Below the pieces are notes generated by a model. That model was not told where the DNA came from. It searched no databases and saw only the letters and a program-made list of their open reading frames with translations. Source: Phycisphaera mikurensis NBRC 102666 (GTDB lineage: Bacteria; Planctomycetota; Phycisphaerae; Phycisphaerales; Phycisphaeraceae). From it: DNA of 32,000 bases. Both the position numbers and the translations under genes were made by a program. Of this stretch, positions 1 to 7,584 are shown in pieces; within the stretch, counting starts at the first letter, position 1, and the number at the start of each line of letters is the position of its first letter. Location: positions 3,480,001-3,512,000 of the forward strand of contig NC_017080.1 in assembly GCF_000284115.1 (NCBI RefSeq). Reading direction: 5' to 3'.

Positions 1-986
1 GGATCCCAGTCGACGTAGAGCGGCTTGATCTTCGTCCGCAGGAAGTGGTCCGGGCAGGAGGTGCCCAGCTCGGCGAGGCGGGCGGCGTCGTGCGAGTTGA
101 CGAACTGCAGCACGCTCTCGCGATCGTCGACCGTGCCGATGAAGCGCTGCTGCTGCGAGACGCGGCCGCGGAGCCAGGGAAGGACTTGCACGAGCAGTGC
201 CTCACGCTCGTCGAGTCCCGGGGTGCGGTACTTCGCACCGCCGAAGGTCTGCTCGTGCTTGTCGTGGTCGGCGATGTAGCGAGCGGCGGTGTCGATCAGG
301 TCCAGCGAGAGGTCGTAGCAGGCTCTCGCGTCGTCGTGCCAGTTGATGAGCCCGTGAGCCGCCATCAGCAGGCCTTCCAGCCGCGGGTTCTTCTTCTGCT
401 CCTCGTGCATGAGCAGGCCCAGCTCGAAGCCGGGCCGCATCCACGGCACCCAGCCCAGCCGCCCGCCCCAGATTGTCTGCGTCAGCTCCTGGTTGTTCTT
501 CGAGGCCGCCACCGCGATCACCGCGTTGGGGTGCATGTGGTCGACGTGCCGGGCGGGCAGAAAGGCGTGCAGCGGCGTGTCGATGCTCGACGCCCGCGGA
601 TTCAAGTCGAAGGTGCAGTGCCTGTAGTTGGCGACCTGCTCGTCCTCGGCCGGCGTCTTGAGGCCGGTGTCCGAGCGGGCTTCGTAGGACGCCTTCAGCT
701 GCTCCAGGCTCGCCATCGAGAGCGAGGCGAAGTTCTCTCTCTTCGACGTCCGCAGGTCGCCGCCTGAGCCCTTCACCCAGAGCACGTCGACCTCTTCGCC
801 GGTGAGCGGGTCCTTCTGCTTGACCTTCGAGGAGGTGTTGCCGCCGCCGGTGTTGGTGATCCGCTGGTCGGCGCCGAGGATGTTGGAGCGGTAGACGAGG
901 GCGTCGACCGGATCGGAAGGCGCCTCGGCGTCGTTCCAGAGGTACGCGACGTGGGGGCTGTTCTTCAGTGCGGCGGGATCGGGCAT
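1..986 (-). CDS. rhaEW: Bifunctional rhamnulose-1-phosphate aldolase/short-chain dehydrogenase (RhaEW, YuxG-like), N-terminal ~328 codons; the 3' part lies beyond the left edge
   Basis: Absent from the ORF track because the window edge truncates it. My own minus-strand translation from ATG (complement of 984-986) reads MPDPAALKNSPHVAYLWNDAEA..LVYRSNILGADQRITNTGGGNTSSKV..VLWVKGSGGDLRT..IDTPLHAFLPARHVDHMHPNAVIA..WVPWMRPGFELG..CPDHFLRTKIKPLYVDW. This is collinear with the class II aldolase/adducin N-domain of B. subtilis YuxG as I recall it. GC3 bias is strong. Confidence 0.88.
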   Translation of the reverse strand, partial: MPDPAALKNSPHVAYLWNDAEAPSDPVDALVYRSNILGADQRITNTGGGNTSSKVKQKDPLTGEEVDVLWVKGSGGDLRTSKRENFASLSMASLEQLKASYEARSDTGLKTPAEDEQVANYRHCTFDLNPRASSIDTPLHAFLPARHVDHMHPNAVIAVAASKNNQELTQTIWGGRLGWVPWMRPGFELGLLMHEEQKKNPRLEGLLMAAHGLINWHDDARACYDLSLDLIDTAARYIADHDKHEQTFGGAKYRTPGLDEREALLVQVLPWLRGRVSQQQRFIGTVDDRESVLQFVNSHDAARLAELGTSCPDHFLRTKIKPLYVDWD

Positions 987-1084
987 GGGGGGTGCTCGGA
1001 GGAGACGAAGCGGGTGCTTGGGGCAAAAGCAACATAACCGGAAATCCTGGCGGGGTCAAAACCAACCAAACGGACATTCTCAGC

Positions 1085-1113
1085 TTGAAGTCGGGTCGAA
1101 TCGGCGGTACGCT
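1085..1113 (+). promoter_or_regulatory. Candidate sigma70-like promoter for the DeoR regulator/rhaI (TTGAAG-N17-TACGCT)
   Basis: TTGAAG is at 1085-1090 and TACGCT at 1108-1113, with a 17-nt spacer, in the lower-GC divergent region. This would give a very short leader before ATG 1127. It is pattern-based only. Confidence 0.3.
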
Positions 1114-1126
1114 CGGTGTGGCTCCG

Positions 1127-1951
1127 ATGATTGCCCCGCACCGCCACCGATCCATCCTCGTCCGCATCCAAGCCGGCGGCGTCGCCCGCGTGAGCGAACT
1201 CGCGCGGGAACTCGACGTCACCGAGGAGACGATCCGCCGGGACCTCAAAGCGCTCGCCGACCGCGGCGAGGTCGAGCGGGTGCACGGCGGCGCGGTCGCT
1301 CCGCCGGCCGAGCCCGAGCGGGAGCTGCCCTTCGCGCAGCGTCACGCCGCCCACGCCGCGGCCAAGCGGGCGATCGCCGCGGCGGCGGCGAGCGCCGTGG
1401 AGCCCGGCCAGGCGATCGCGCTGGATCCCTCGACCACCGCCTGTCAGCTCGCGCTGCTGCTCCCCGACGCGCCGCTGACGGTCGTCACCAACTCCCTGGT
1501 CGTCTGCTCGCTGCTCGCCGAGAAGCCAGCCATCGAGGTGATCTGCACCGGCGGCACGCTCGATCCCGAGGCGATGGCCTTCTTCGGCCTCGCCACAGCC
1601 GAGGCGCTGGAGAAGCTCCGCGTGGACCGGCTGTTCTTCTCCTGCCGTGGGGTCGATCTGGGTTTCGGCGACGGGGCGGGGCGCGGCCTCTCCGAGACCA
1701 ACGACCGTCACGCCGCCCTGAAGCTCGCGATGCTCCGGTCGGCCCAAGCCGCGACGCTGCTGGTCGACACGAGCAAGCTTGGCCACGCCTCCACCGTCCT
1801 CTACGCGCCCGTCGACGCCGCCGACCGCGTGATCGTCGAACGCTCCGCCGATCCCGAGCGTGCTGCCGCGGTCGCGCGCTTGCGCTCCTCCGGCGTGGAG
1901 GTGGAGGAAGCCCAAGCCTCCGCACCGCCCCGCGGCGTCGCCGCCGCCTGA
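1127..1951 (+). CDS. DeoR-family transcriptional regulator (RhaR-like)
   Basis: ORF 968..1951. The first 53 codons look non-coding. ATG at 1127 gives MIAPHRHRSILVRIQAGGVARVSELARELDVTEETIRRDLKAL (DeoR HTH), followed by a DeoR C-terminal effector domain (IALDPSTT, VVTNSL, LFFSCRGVD). It is divergent from rhaEW and lies 19 bp upstream of rhaI. Confidence 0.85.
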   Translation: MIAPHRHRSILVRIQAGGVARVSELARELDVTEETIRRDLKALADRGEVERVHGGAVAPPAEPERELPFAQRHAAHAAAKRAIAAAAASAVEPGQAIALDPSTTACQLALLLPDAPLTVVTNSLVVCSLLAEKPAIEVICTGGTLDPEAMAFFGLATAEALEKLRVDRLFFSCRGVDLGFGDGAGRGLSETNDRHAALKLAMLRSAQAATLLVDTSKLGHASTVLYAPVDAADRVIVERSADPERAAAVARLRSSGVEVEEAQASAPPRGVAAA

Positions 1952-1970
1952 ACCCCCTTCCTCAACGCAC

Positions 1971-3200
1971 ATGCCCTCCACCCCCGCCCACGACCGCGCC
2001 CTCTCCGCCCTGGACCGCTTCCGCGTCGAGCTGCCCAGCTGGGGCTTCGCCGACACCGGCACCCGCTTCGGCAAGTTCTTCCAGGACGCCGCCGCCAGCA
2101 ATCTGGAGGAGAAGCTCCACGACGCCGGCCACGTCCACCAGCTGACCGCCGCCTGCCCCACCGTCGCGGTCCACGTCCTCTGGGACTTCGACGACGCCAG
2201 CGACACGTCGTCGGCGGAGAAAACCAAGAAGATGGCCGCCGATCACGGCGTCTCCATCGGCAGCGTGAACCCGAACCTGTTCCAGGACCAGGAGTACCGC
2301 CACGGCTCGCTCTGCTCGCCCGACGCATCGGCCCGCGAGCGGGCGATGACGCACTGCCGGGAGAGCATCGCGCTGGGCGCCGCCGTGGGCTCGAAGAGCC
2401 TGGCGATGTGGATGGCCGACGGCACCAACTACCCCGGCCAGGACAGCATCCGCCGCCGCTTCGGGGCGTTGAAGGAGGCGTACGTCCAGCTGGCGTCGCA
2501 CATGCGCGACGCGTGGCCCGGGGCCACCTTCCTCGCCGAGTACAAGCCCTTCGAGCCGGCTTTCTACCAGACCGACATCCCCGATTGGGGGGCGTCGCTG
2601 CTGCTGTGCCAGGCCGCCGGCGACAACGCGAAGGTGCTCGTCGACACCGGGCACCACCTGCCCGGCTGCAACATCGAGCAGATCGTGGCGCTCCTGCTCG
2701 CGGAGGGCCGCCTCGGCGGCTTCCACTTCAACGACCGCAAGTACGCCGATGACGACCTGACGCTCGGCTCCATCGACCCGTACGCCGTCTTCCGGATCTT
2801 CCACGAGATCGCGAGCTTCGAGCACGACACCGGCCTCGCCCCCGGCGGCGCCGGAGTCGACTACATGATCGACCAGAGCCACAACCTCAAGCCCAAGCTC
2901 GAGGCCATGGTGCAGACGGTGTGCGAGGCTCAGAAGCAGTTCGCGAAGGCTCAGCTCGTGGATCGCGCCAAGCTTGCGGAGTTTCAGGGGGCGGGCGACC
3001 TCGTCGGCGCCGAAACGGTGCTGAAGGAGGCTTACGAGGCGGACGTCTCCGGGCTGCTGGCCGAGTGGCGGAGGGCCCACGGCGCGGCGGAGGACCCGCT
3101 GGCGACGCTGCGCTCCAGCGGCGTCATCGAGCAGCTGGGGAAGGAGCGAGCCGCGGCGCGCGAGGCGGCCGGCGGACAGCGCGGCGGCGGCTACGCGTGA
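1971..3200 (+). CDS. rhaI: L-rhamnose isomerase, TIM-barrel RhaI type (Pseudomonas stutzeri/actinobacterial type)
   Basis: ORF 1860..3200. ATG at 1971 gives MPSTPAHDRALSALDRFRVELPSWGFADTGTRFGKF. The motifs VDTGHH, GGFHFNDRKYADDDL, MIDQSHN and LVDRAKL match the P. stutzeri-type L-RhI as I recall it. Confidence 0.9.
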   Translation: MPSTPAHDRALSALDRFRVELPSWGFADTGTRFGKFFQDAAASNLEEKLHDAGHVHQLTAACPTVAVHVLWDFDDASDTSSAEKTKKMAADHGVSIGSVNPNLFQDQEYRHGSLCSPDASARERAMTHCRESIALGAAVGSKSLAMWMADGTNYPGQDSIRRRFGALKEAYVQLASHMRDAWPGATFLAEYKPFEPAFYQTDIPDWGASLLLCQAAGDNAKVLVDTGHHLPGCNIEQIVALLLAEGRLGGFHFNDRKYADDDLTLGSIDPYAVFRIFHEIASFEHDTGLAPGGAGVDYMIDQSHNLKPKLEAMVQTVCEAQKQFAKAQLVDRAKLAEFQGAGDLVGAETVLKEAYEADVSGLLAEWRRAHGAAEDPLATLRSSGVIEQLGKERAAAREAAGGQRGGGYA

Positions 3201-3236
3201 GGGTCGCGATCGCGGGCGCGGCGGCGTGGAGCCCGC

Positions 3237-3282
3237 CCGCGGACCCGCGTCCGGTTCGTCGATCCCGACGAGCGATCCGCGG
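3237..3282. repeat. 46-bp palindromic element, copy D (variant right arm)
   Basis: ccgcggacc-cgcgtccggttcgtcgatcccgacgagc-gatccgcgg. The spacer is exactly 28 nt, with 7 perfect outer bp. It lies between the convergent rhaI and kinase genes. Confidence 0.55.
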
Positions 3283-3290
3283 CGGCGTGC

Positions 3291-4436
3291 TCAGGCCGGG
3301 TCGGGCAGATCGGCAAGGAAGCGGGCGAGCTCGGGGAGGGCCGGGCTGCGGGCCTCGCGGACGTAGAAGCCCGACGTGCCGGTGCCGCAGGCGAGGCAGC
3401 CGGCCGCGTCGAGGCCCGCGAGCAGGCCCAGCGTGAAGCCGGCGTTGAAGTTGTCGCCGGCACCGGTGGAGAGCCTCGGCTCCTGGATGTACGGCCCCCG
3501 GAAGTGGGCGGCGTCGAGCCCGCTCCCGCCGTGGATCGAGGCCGCCGCGCCCTCGCGGGGGTGCACGACCACGCCGTGCAGGCCCAGCTCCGCGCGAATC
3601 CTTTCCGCGGTGGCGATGAGACCGTCGGCGTCGGTCGCTCCCGCCGCCTCGCCGATGCCCAGCACGCCCATCGTCTGGCCGGCCTCGGAAAGATTCAGCC
3701 CGAGCACGACGCGGGCTTTGCTCTCGAAGGTCGACAGCAGCCGGCACACACCCGCCAGGTCATCGTCCTCACGCTTCGCCGGGTCGGCGAAGTCGACGAA
3801 GAGGTAGGGCCGCTCGGCCTCGCTCCTCTCGGGGATCATCTCCACGAGCATCCGGTAGACCGATTCGCACTTGGGCAGCATCGTCCAGTTGGTGAAGCCG
3901 AAGGCTCTGGACCGCACCACCAGCTCGCGGAGGTCGTCCTCGGGGATTGCTGCGCGGACCATGTCCGCGTCGAGATTCGCCACGTGGGCGTACTTCCCGA
4001 GCATCAGCTTGCCGTTGCCGAACTCCACCGCGTCGGTGAAGCCCGGGTCGCAAACCGGGAACGCCTCCACCCGGCGGGCAAACTCCGCGAAGATGCCGTG
4101 AACGTTGGGCCGGCCCAGGGCGCCGATGTAGGCCACCCGCAGCGTCGCCTCGAGCATGGCGTTGGCCATGATCGGGCCGTTGCCGCCGAGCTTCTCCTGG
4201 TTCACGACGAACTCGAAGTTCGCCGACTTCCCATCCGCCGCGAGGATGCGCTCGCCGAAGGCCCTGATCGTGGGCATCGGCGTGAAGCTGTCCACGTCGG
4301 ACCGCTTCTGGACCACGCGGATGATGCTGTCGACGAAGCCGTCGAAGCCGATCAGGACGGGGGTCTGGGGGGCCTTCGTCGCGAACGCGCGGAGGGCGGC
4401 GGCGGCGGCGGTGGCGGTCTGTTGGCGATCGGGCAT
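3291..4436 (-). CDS. Ribokinase/PfkB-superfamily sugar or sugar-phosphate kinase, substrate unknown
   Basis: ORF 3291..4478. ATG at 4436 (MPDRQQTATAAA) is preferred over 4478. The C-terminal TGAGDNFNAGF motif is typical of the ribokinase superfamily. N-terminal VLIGFDGFVDSI and LGGNGPIMANAM resemble the ADP-PFK/GK-like branch, but this is resemblance only. Confidence 0.8.
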   Translation of the reverse strand: MPDRQQTATAAAAALRAFATKAPQTPVLIGFDGFVDSIIRVVQKRSDVDSFTPMPTIRAFGERILAADGKSANFEFVVNQEKLGGNGPIMANAMLEATLRVAYIGALGRPNVHGIFAEFARRVEAFPVCDPGFTDAVEFGNGKLMLGKYAHVANLDADMVRAAIPEDDLRELVVRSRAFGFTNWTMLPKCESVYRMLVEMIPERSEAERPYLFVDFADPAKREDDDLAGVCRLLSTFESKARVVLGLNLSEAGQTMGVLGIGEAAGATDADGLIATAERIRAELGLHGVVVHPREGAAASIHGGSGLDAAHFRGPYIQEPRLSTGAGDNFNAGFTLGLLAGLDAAGCLACGTGTSGFYVREARSPALPELARFLADLPDPA

Positions 4437-4667
4437 TTCGATTCGATGTCCTTCACCGTGTCGGGAACCGACGAGCAAGAAACGAGGGGGTGAGTCCTAG
4501 GGAAGCACTCGGCCCCCGGAGTACTCGGAGCGTGGCATCACGCTTCCAATGATCGATCACGCCGCTGAAGGCAAAGGCGCCCGAGGACGGCAGCCCTTCC
4601 CCAGGACGTGCCCCCAAACCCCCCGGACCCCCGAGTCCCTCCGCGCTGCCCGAAGCGTCCGGCACAC

Positions 4668-5702
4668 TCAGCTGCTCTTCAACGAACGACCTTCGGCCTT
4701 CAGATCCCGACAAGCCTCCTTGACCCGCTCCGCCATGGAAGTCTCGCCCGCCTTCAGGTACACCCGCGGGTCGTACATCTTCTTGTTGCCGACCTCGCCG
4801 TCGATCTTCAGCACCCCGCTGTAGTTCTTGATGATGTGGTCGGCCACGCCGCGCGTGAAGGCGTATTGGCAGTCGGTGTCGACGTTCATCTTCACGACGC
4901 CGTAGCCGAGGGTCTCGTCGATCTCGTGCTTTTCCGAACCCGAGCCGCCGTGGAAGACCAGGTAGAAGCTGGCGTCGTCGCCGAACTTCTTCTTGATGGC
5001 GTCCTGGCCTTCCTTGAGCAGCCCGGGCTTCAACTTCACGGCCCCGGGCTTGTAAGCGCCGTGGACGTTGCCGAAGGTCGCGGCGAACATGTACGTGCCG
5101 TCCACGCCCTTCATCCGCTCGTAAACGCGGACCATGTCCTCGGGCGTCGTGTAGAGGTGCTCCTCGGGCGTGTCGTCGCTGCCGGCGGCGCCGTCCTCCT
5201 CGCCGCCGACGACGCCGGCCTCGATCTCGATGACCTGGCCAATCTTGGCCATCCGCTCGTAGATCGGCACGGACAGGTCCAGATTCTCCTCCAGCGGGAG
5301 GCCCGACGCGTCGAGCATGTGCGACTGGAACAGGGGGAGCTTGCCCTCGCTCACACGCCGCTCGGACTCCTCGATCAGCGGGATCAGGAAGTCGTCGACG
5401 TTGCCGGGCGGGCAGTGGTCGGTGTGCATCGCCACGTTGACGTCCAGCTTGGCGGCCACGCGGTGGACGTGCTCGGCGATGGAGATCGCCCCCGTGACCA
5501 TGTCGCCACAGACCTGCCCCGCCGCGAACTTGCCGCCGCCGGTGGAGACCTGGAGGATGCCGTCGCTGCCGAGCTCCTGGAACGCCTTGAGCGCCGCGTT
5601 GGCGGTGACCATCGAGGTCACGTTGATCGCGGGGTAGGCGAAGCCGTGCTCGAAGGCGTTCTCGAGCATCTGGACGTAGGTCTTCGGGTCGGCGATGGGC
5701 AA
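4668..5702 (-). CDS. fba: Class II fructose-1,6-bisphosphate aldolase
   Basis: ORF 4668..5771. PIADPKTYVQMLENAFEHGFAYPAINVTS..SDGILQVSTGG..HTDHC..FHGGSG..MNVDTD is collinear with class IIa FbaA (M. tuberculosis Fba starts MPIATPEVY). The likely start is therefore TTG at 5702, since the upstream ATG at 5771 would add 23 atypical residues. The exact start is uncertain. Confidence 0.9.
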   Translation of the reverse strand: MPIADPKTYVQMLENAFEHGFAYPAINVTSMVTANAALKAFQELGSDGILQVSTGGGKFAAGQVCGDMVTGAISIAEHVHRVAAKLDVNVAMHTDHCPPGNVDDFLIPLIEESERRVSEGKLPLFQSHMLDASGLPLEENLDLSVPIYERMAKIGQVIEIEAGVVGGEEDGAAGSDDTPEEHLYTTPEDMVRVYERMKGVDGTYMFAATFGNVHGAYKPGAVKLKPGLLKEGQDAIKKKFGDDASFYLVFHGGSGSEKHEIDETLGYGVVKMNVDTDCQYAFTRGVADHIIKNYSGVLKIDGEVGNKKMYDPRVYLKAGETSMAERVKEACRDLKAEGRSLKSS

Positions 5703-5892
5703 GGTGTTGGGATCTTTGGGTGGGAGGAAACGGGCTGGCGGGCGGCGACTATACAGGTGCCCACCCCGCATCGACGCACCGGCGGCCTGCGCCCGCCGCC
5801 GGTGGCCGCGGGCTGGAGGCTCCCCGGGATCGCGTCACCGCCGGGATGCTCGGACGCGACGCCGTTGGGACGACACGCGTTGAGGCGCCCGC

Positions 5893-6984
5893 TCAGCCGG
5901 CGGATGCCGCCGGAGCGGAACCCGATCGGCGATCCGCGTGTCGCGACGTCAGCGCCAGCACCCGACCCGCCACCGCCTCCGCGTTCAAGCCGATGCGCTC
6001 AAAGACTCCGCGGGTGTTCGCGTGCAGGCGCTGCTTGCCCTGGCGGATCCGCCGCGCTACCGCGTCCACCAGCCGGAGGTACACCCGCAGCGACAGCCCC
6101 GCCATCACCGTCCCCGCCGACGCCGCCCGCACCGCGTCGCCATCTGCAAGCGGCCGCTGCCCGCGGCGTCGCTGCGCCTCCGCCGACTCGTCCAGCGGCC
6201 GCAGCCACGCGCCGCACCTGCGCCGCTGCGGAAGCGGGCACCGCGGACCGACGGCCTCCCGACGTCCGGGCGGCCCGCGGTCTGCGGGTCCATCGGGCTC
6301 GTTCTCCGCCGCTCGCTCCGCCGCCGGCACGTCCCGTCGCAGGCGCCCCGCCAGCGACGTGTACCGCCCCTCCTCCGGCGTGTCGCAGGCCCCCGCCGCG
6401 AACGGGTTCAGGTCCACGTAGACCATGGTCGCCACCAGCTGCTCTTCGTCCTCGATGCGCTTGCACTTGTAGACGCCTTCCCAGAACGAGCCTCCCACGC
6501 CCTCGAGCTTGTTCCCCTCTTGGGCCACGTGCTGCTTGAGGTCCTTCATGAACTGCGGCAGGCTCACCAGCTTCTTCCGCGTCGCCTCCACCGCGTCCGC
6601 GTCCGCCGCCATCTCCGCGATCGCCTCCTCGGAAGTCTCCACCGCCTCCCTCGCCCGGTTCCGCTTGGGGTGGATCCGCAGCCACCGACGCACCACTTCC
6701 TCCGCCGACCACGCCTCGGCGCCTCTCGGATCCGTCCGGAGGATCAGGTGCACGTGGTTGTTCATCAGCGAGAACCCCAGCACCTCCACCGTCGTCGCCT
6801 CGGTCAACCGATCCAGCTGCGCCATCACCAGTTGCTTGCGGAGATCAGCGGGCTCTGCGGGCGGATCGGGTGTCTTGCCGCCGCGTCCCGGCACGAGAAG
6901 GTGCAGCGACCGCGAGCAGCGTGAAGTGACGTGGTAGATCGCCGGACGCGACTCCACGAGAACATGCGAGCGAATCTGACGCAT
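5893..6984 (-). CDS. REP-associated tyrosine transposase-like protein (IS200/IS605 TnpA Y1, HUH family) with long C-terminal extension
   Basis: ORF 5893..7041. ATG at 6984 is preceded by GAGGAGG 6 nt upstream. It has the N-terminal YHVTSRC motif, the HUH motif NHVHLIL, and a catalytic-Tyr region VYVDLNPFAAG. The C-terminal LSLRVYLRLVDAVARRIRQGKQR..VFERIGLNAE resembles the tail of long RAYT-like proteins of Planctomycetes and Verrucomicrobia (from memory). No IS200-type TnpB partner is present. Confidence 0.75.
   Translation of the reverse strand: MRQIRSHVLVESRPAIYHVTSRCSRSLHLLVPGRGGKTPDPPAEPADLRKQLVMAQLDRLTEATTVEVLGFSLMNNHVHLILRTDPRGAEAWSAEEVVRRWLRIHPKRNRAREAVETSEEAIAEMAADADAVEATRKKLVSLPQFMKDLKQHVAQEGNKLEGVGGSFWEGVYKCKRIEDEEQLVATMVYVDLNPFAAGACDTPEEGRYTSLAGRLRRDVPAAERAAENEPDGPADRGPPGRREAVGPRCPLPQRRRCGAWLRPLDESAEAQRRRGQRPLADGDAVRAASAGTVMAGLSLRVYLRLVDAVARRIRQGKQRLHANTRGVFERIGLNAEAVAGRVLALTSRHADRRSGSAPAASAG
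6241..6287. repeat. Possible degenerate copy H of the palindromic element
   Basis: ccgcggacc-N29-ggtctgcgg. It has one arm mismatch and a 29-nt spacer. It lies inside the low-complexity linker of the RAYT-like ORF, translated as PADRGPPGRREAVGPR. Confidence 0.35.
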
Positions 6985-7052
6985 CAAGAGCCTCCTCAGC
7001 ATCGAAACAAAACCATCAACGCCAGCACCGGCCAGCTCCACCCACCCACCTC

Positions 7053-7197
7053 GACACCCTAGCGTCTCTCGTTGTGGGTGTCACCCCATGCAAAAGCTTC
7101 CGCATCGAGATCTGTGGCAGTGTCCCTCTATCTCTTGCGACGGGTGTCTCACGATGGGGCTTTGCAGCGGGGGCTTTGCCGTGGGTGTCACCCCATG
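7053..7197. repeat. Repeat-rich lower-GC spacer upstream of the RAYT-like gene
   Basis: A 17-bp direct repeat gtgggtgtcaccccatg occurs at 7074-7090 and 7181-7197. The GGGTGTC motif also occurs at 7142-7148, and inverted (gacaccc) at 7053-7059. A 10-bp direct repeat ggggctttgc occurs at 7156-7165 and 7170-7179. The palindrome ccccatgtatgggg is at 7191-7204. Confidence 0.7.
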
Positions 7198-7320
7198 TAT
7201 GGGGCATGCGGAGTGGCTGATCCGCGGAGGCCGGATGCAGCCGCCGGGCCTCGCCGAGGTTGACGCCTCGAGGGCGGACGGCCGCTTACACGCCGCCTCC
7301 CCCCGACGAGTGAGGCGGAG

Positions 7321-7538
7321 GTGCCGGAGGGCTTCGCCGCCGCGTGGGAGGGCTGCCCAGCCGCGAAGGACTTCTTCAAGTCGCTGGCCGAGTCGAGCCG
7401 TTACGCCATCACCTACGGGCTGACGACCGCGAGGAACCCGAAACCCGGCAGCGCCGCTTCGGGAAGTTCCTGGGCATGCTCCAGCGCCAGAAGAAGCCGG
7501 GCTTCGGGTTCAAGGAGAAGACGCGAAAGGGCCGCTGA
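7321..7538 (+). pseudogene. YdeI/OmpD-associated (OmdA) domain fragment, frameshifted and lacking an N-terminal domain
   Basis: The frame of 7321 reads VPEGFAAAWEGCPAAKDFFKSLAESSRYAITYGLTTARN. The frame of 7344 continues PETRQRRFGKFLGMLQRQKKPGFGF*. Joined, these match the family pattern ..FxxLSxSxRYAIxYxLxTAKKPETRxRRIxxFVxML.. A 1-nt deletion near 7435-7437 explains the split. The open frame only begins at 7264. Confidence 0.5.
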
Positions 7539-7584
7539 AGGCGCGAGGTTGGAGGCGCGGACGGATGCTCGCCACAATGTCGGC

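Noticed and set aside
4437-4667. Screening of the 230-bp spacer between the kinase and fba, and of the other long spacers (8836-9024, 14561-14800), for tRNA or other structured RNA genes.
   Set aside because: I saw no T-arm consensus (GGTTCGAATCC-like), no cloverleaf-compatible pairing and no riboswitch-like conserved cores.
5703-5771. An upstream ATG at 5771 as the fba start.
   Set aside because: It would add MRGGHLYSRRPPARFLPPKDPNT, which is absent from class II aldolases. TTG at 5702 gives the canonical (M)PIADPKTY N-terminus.
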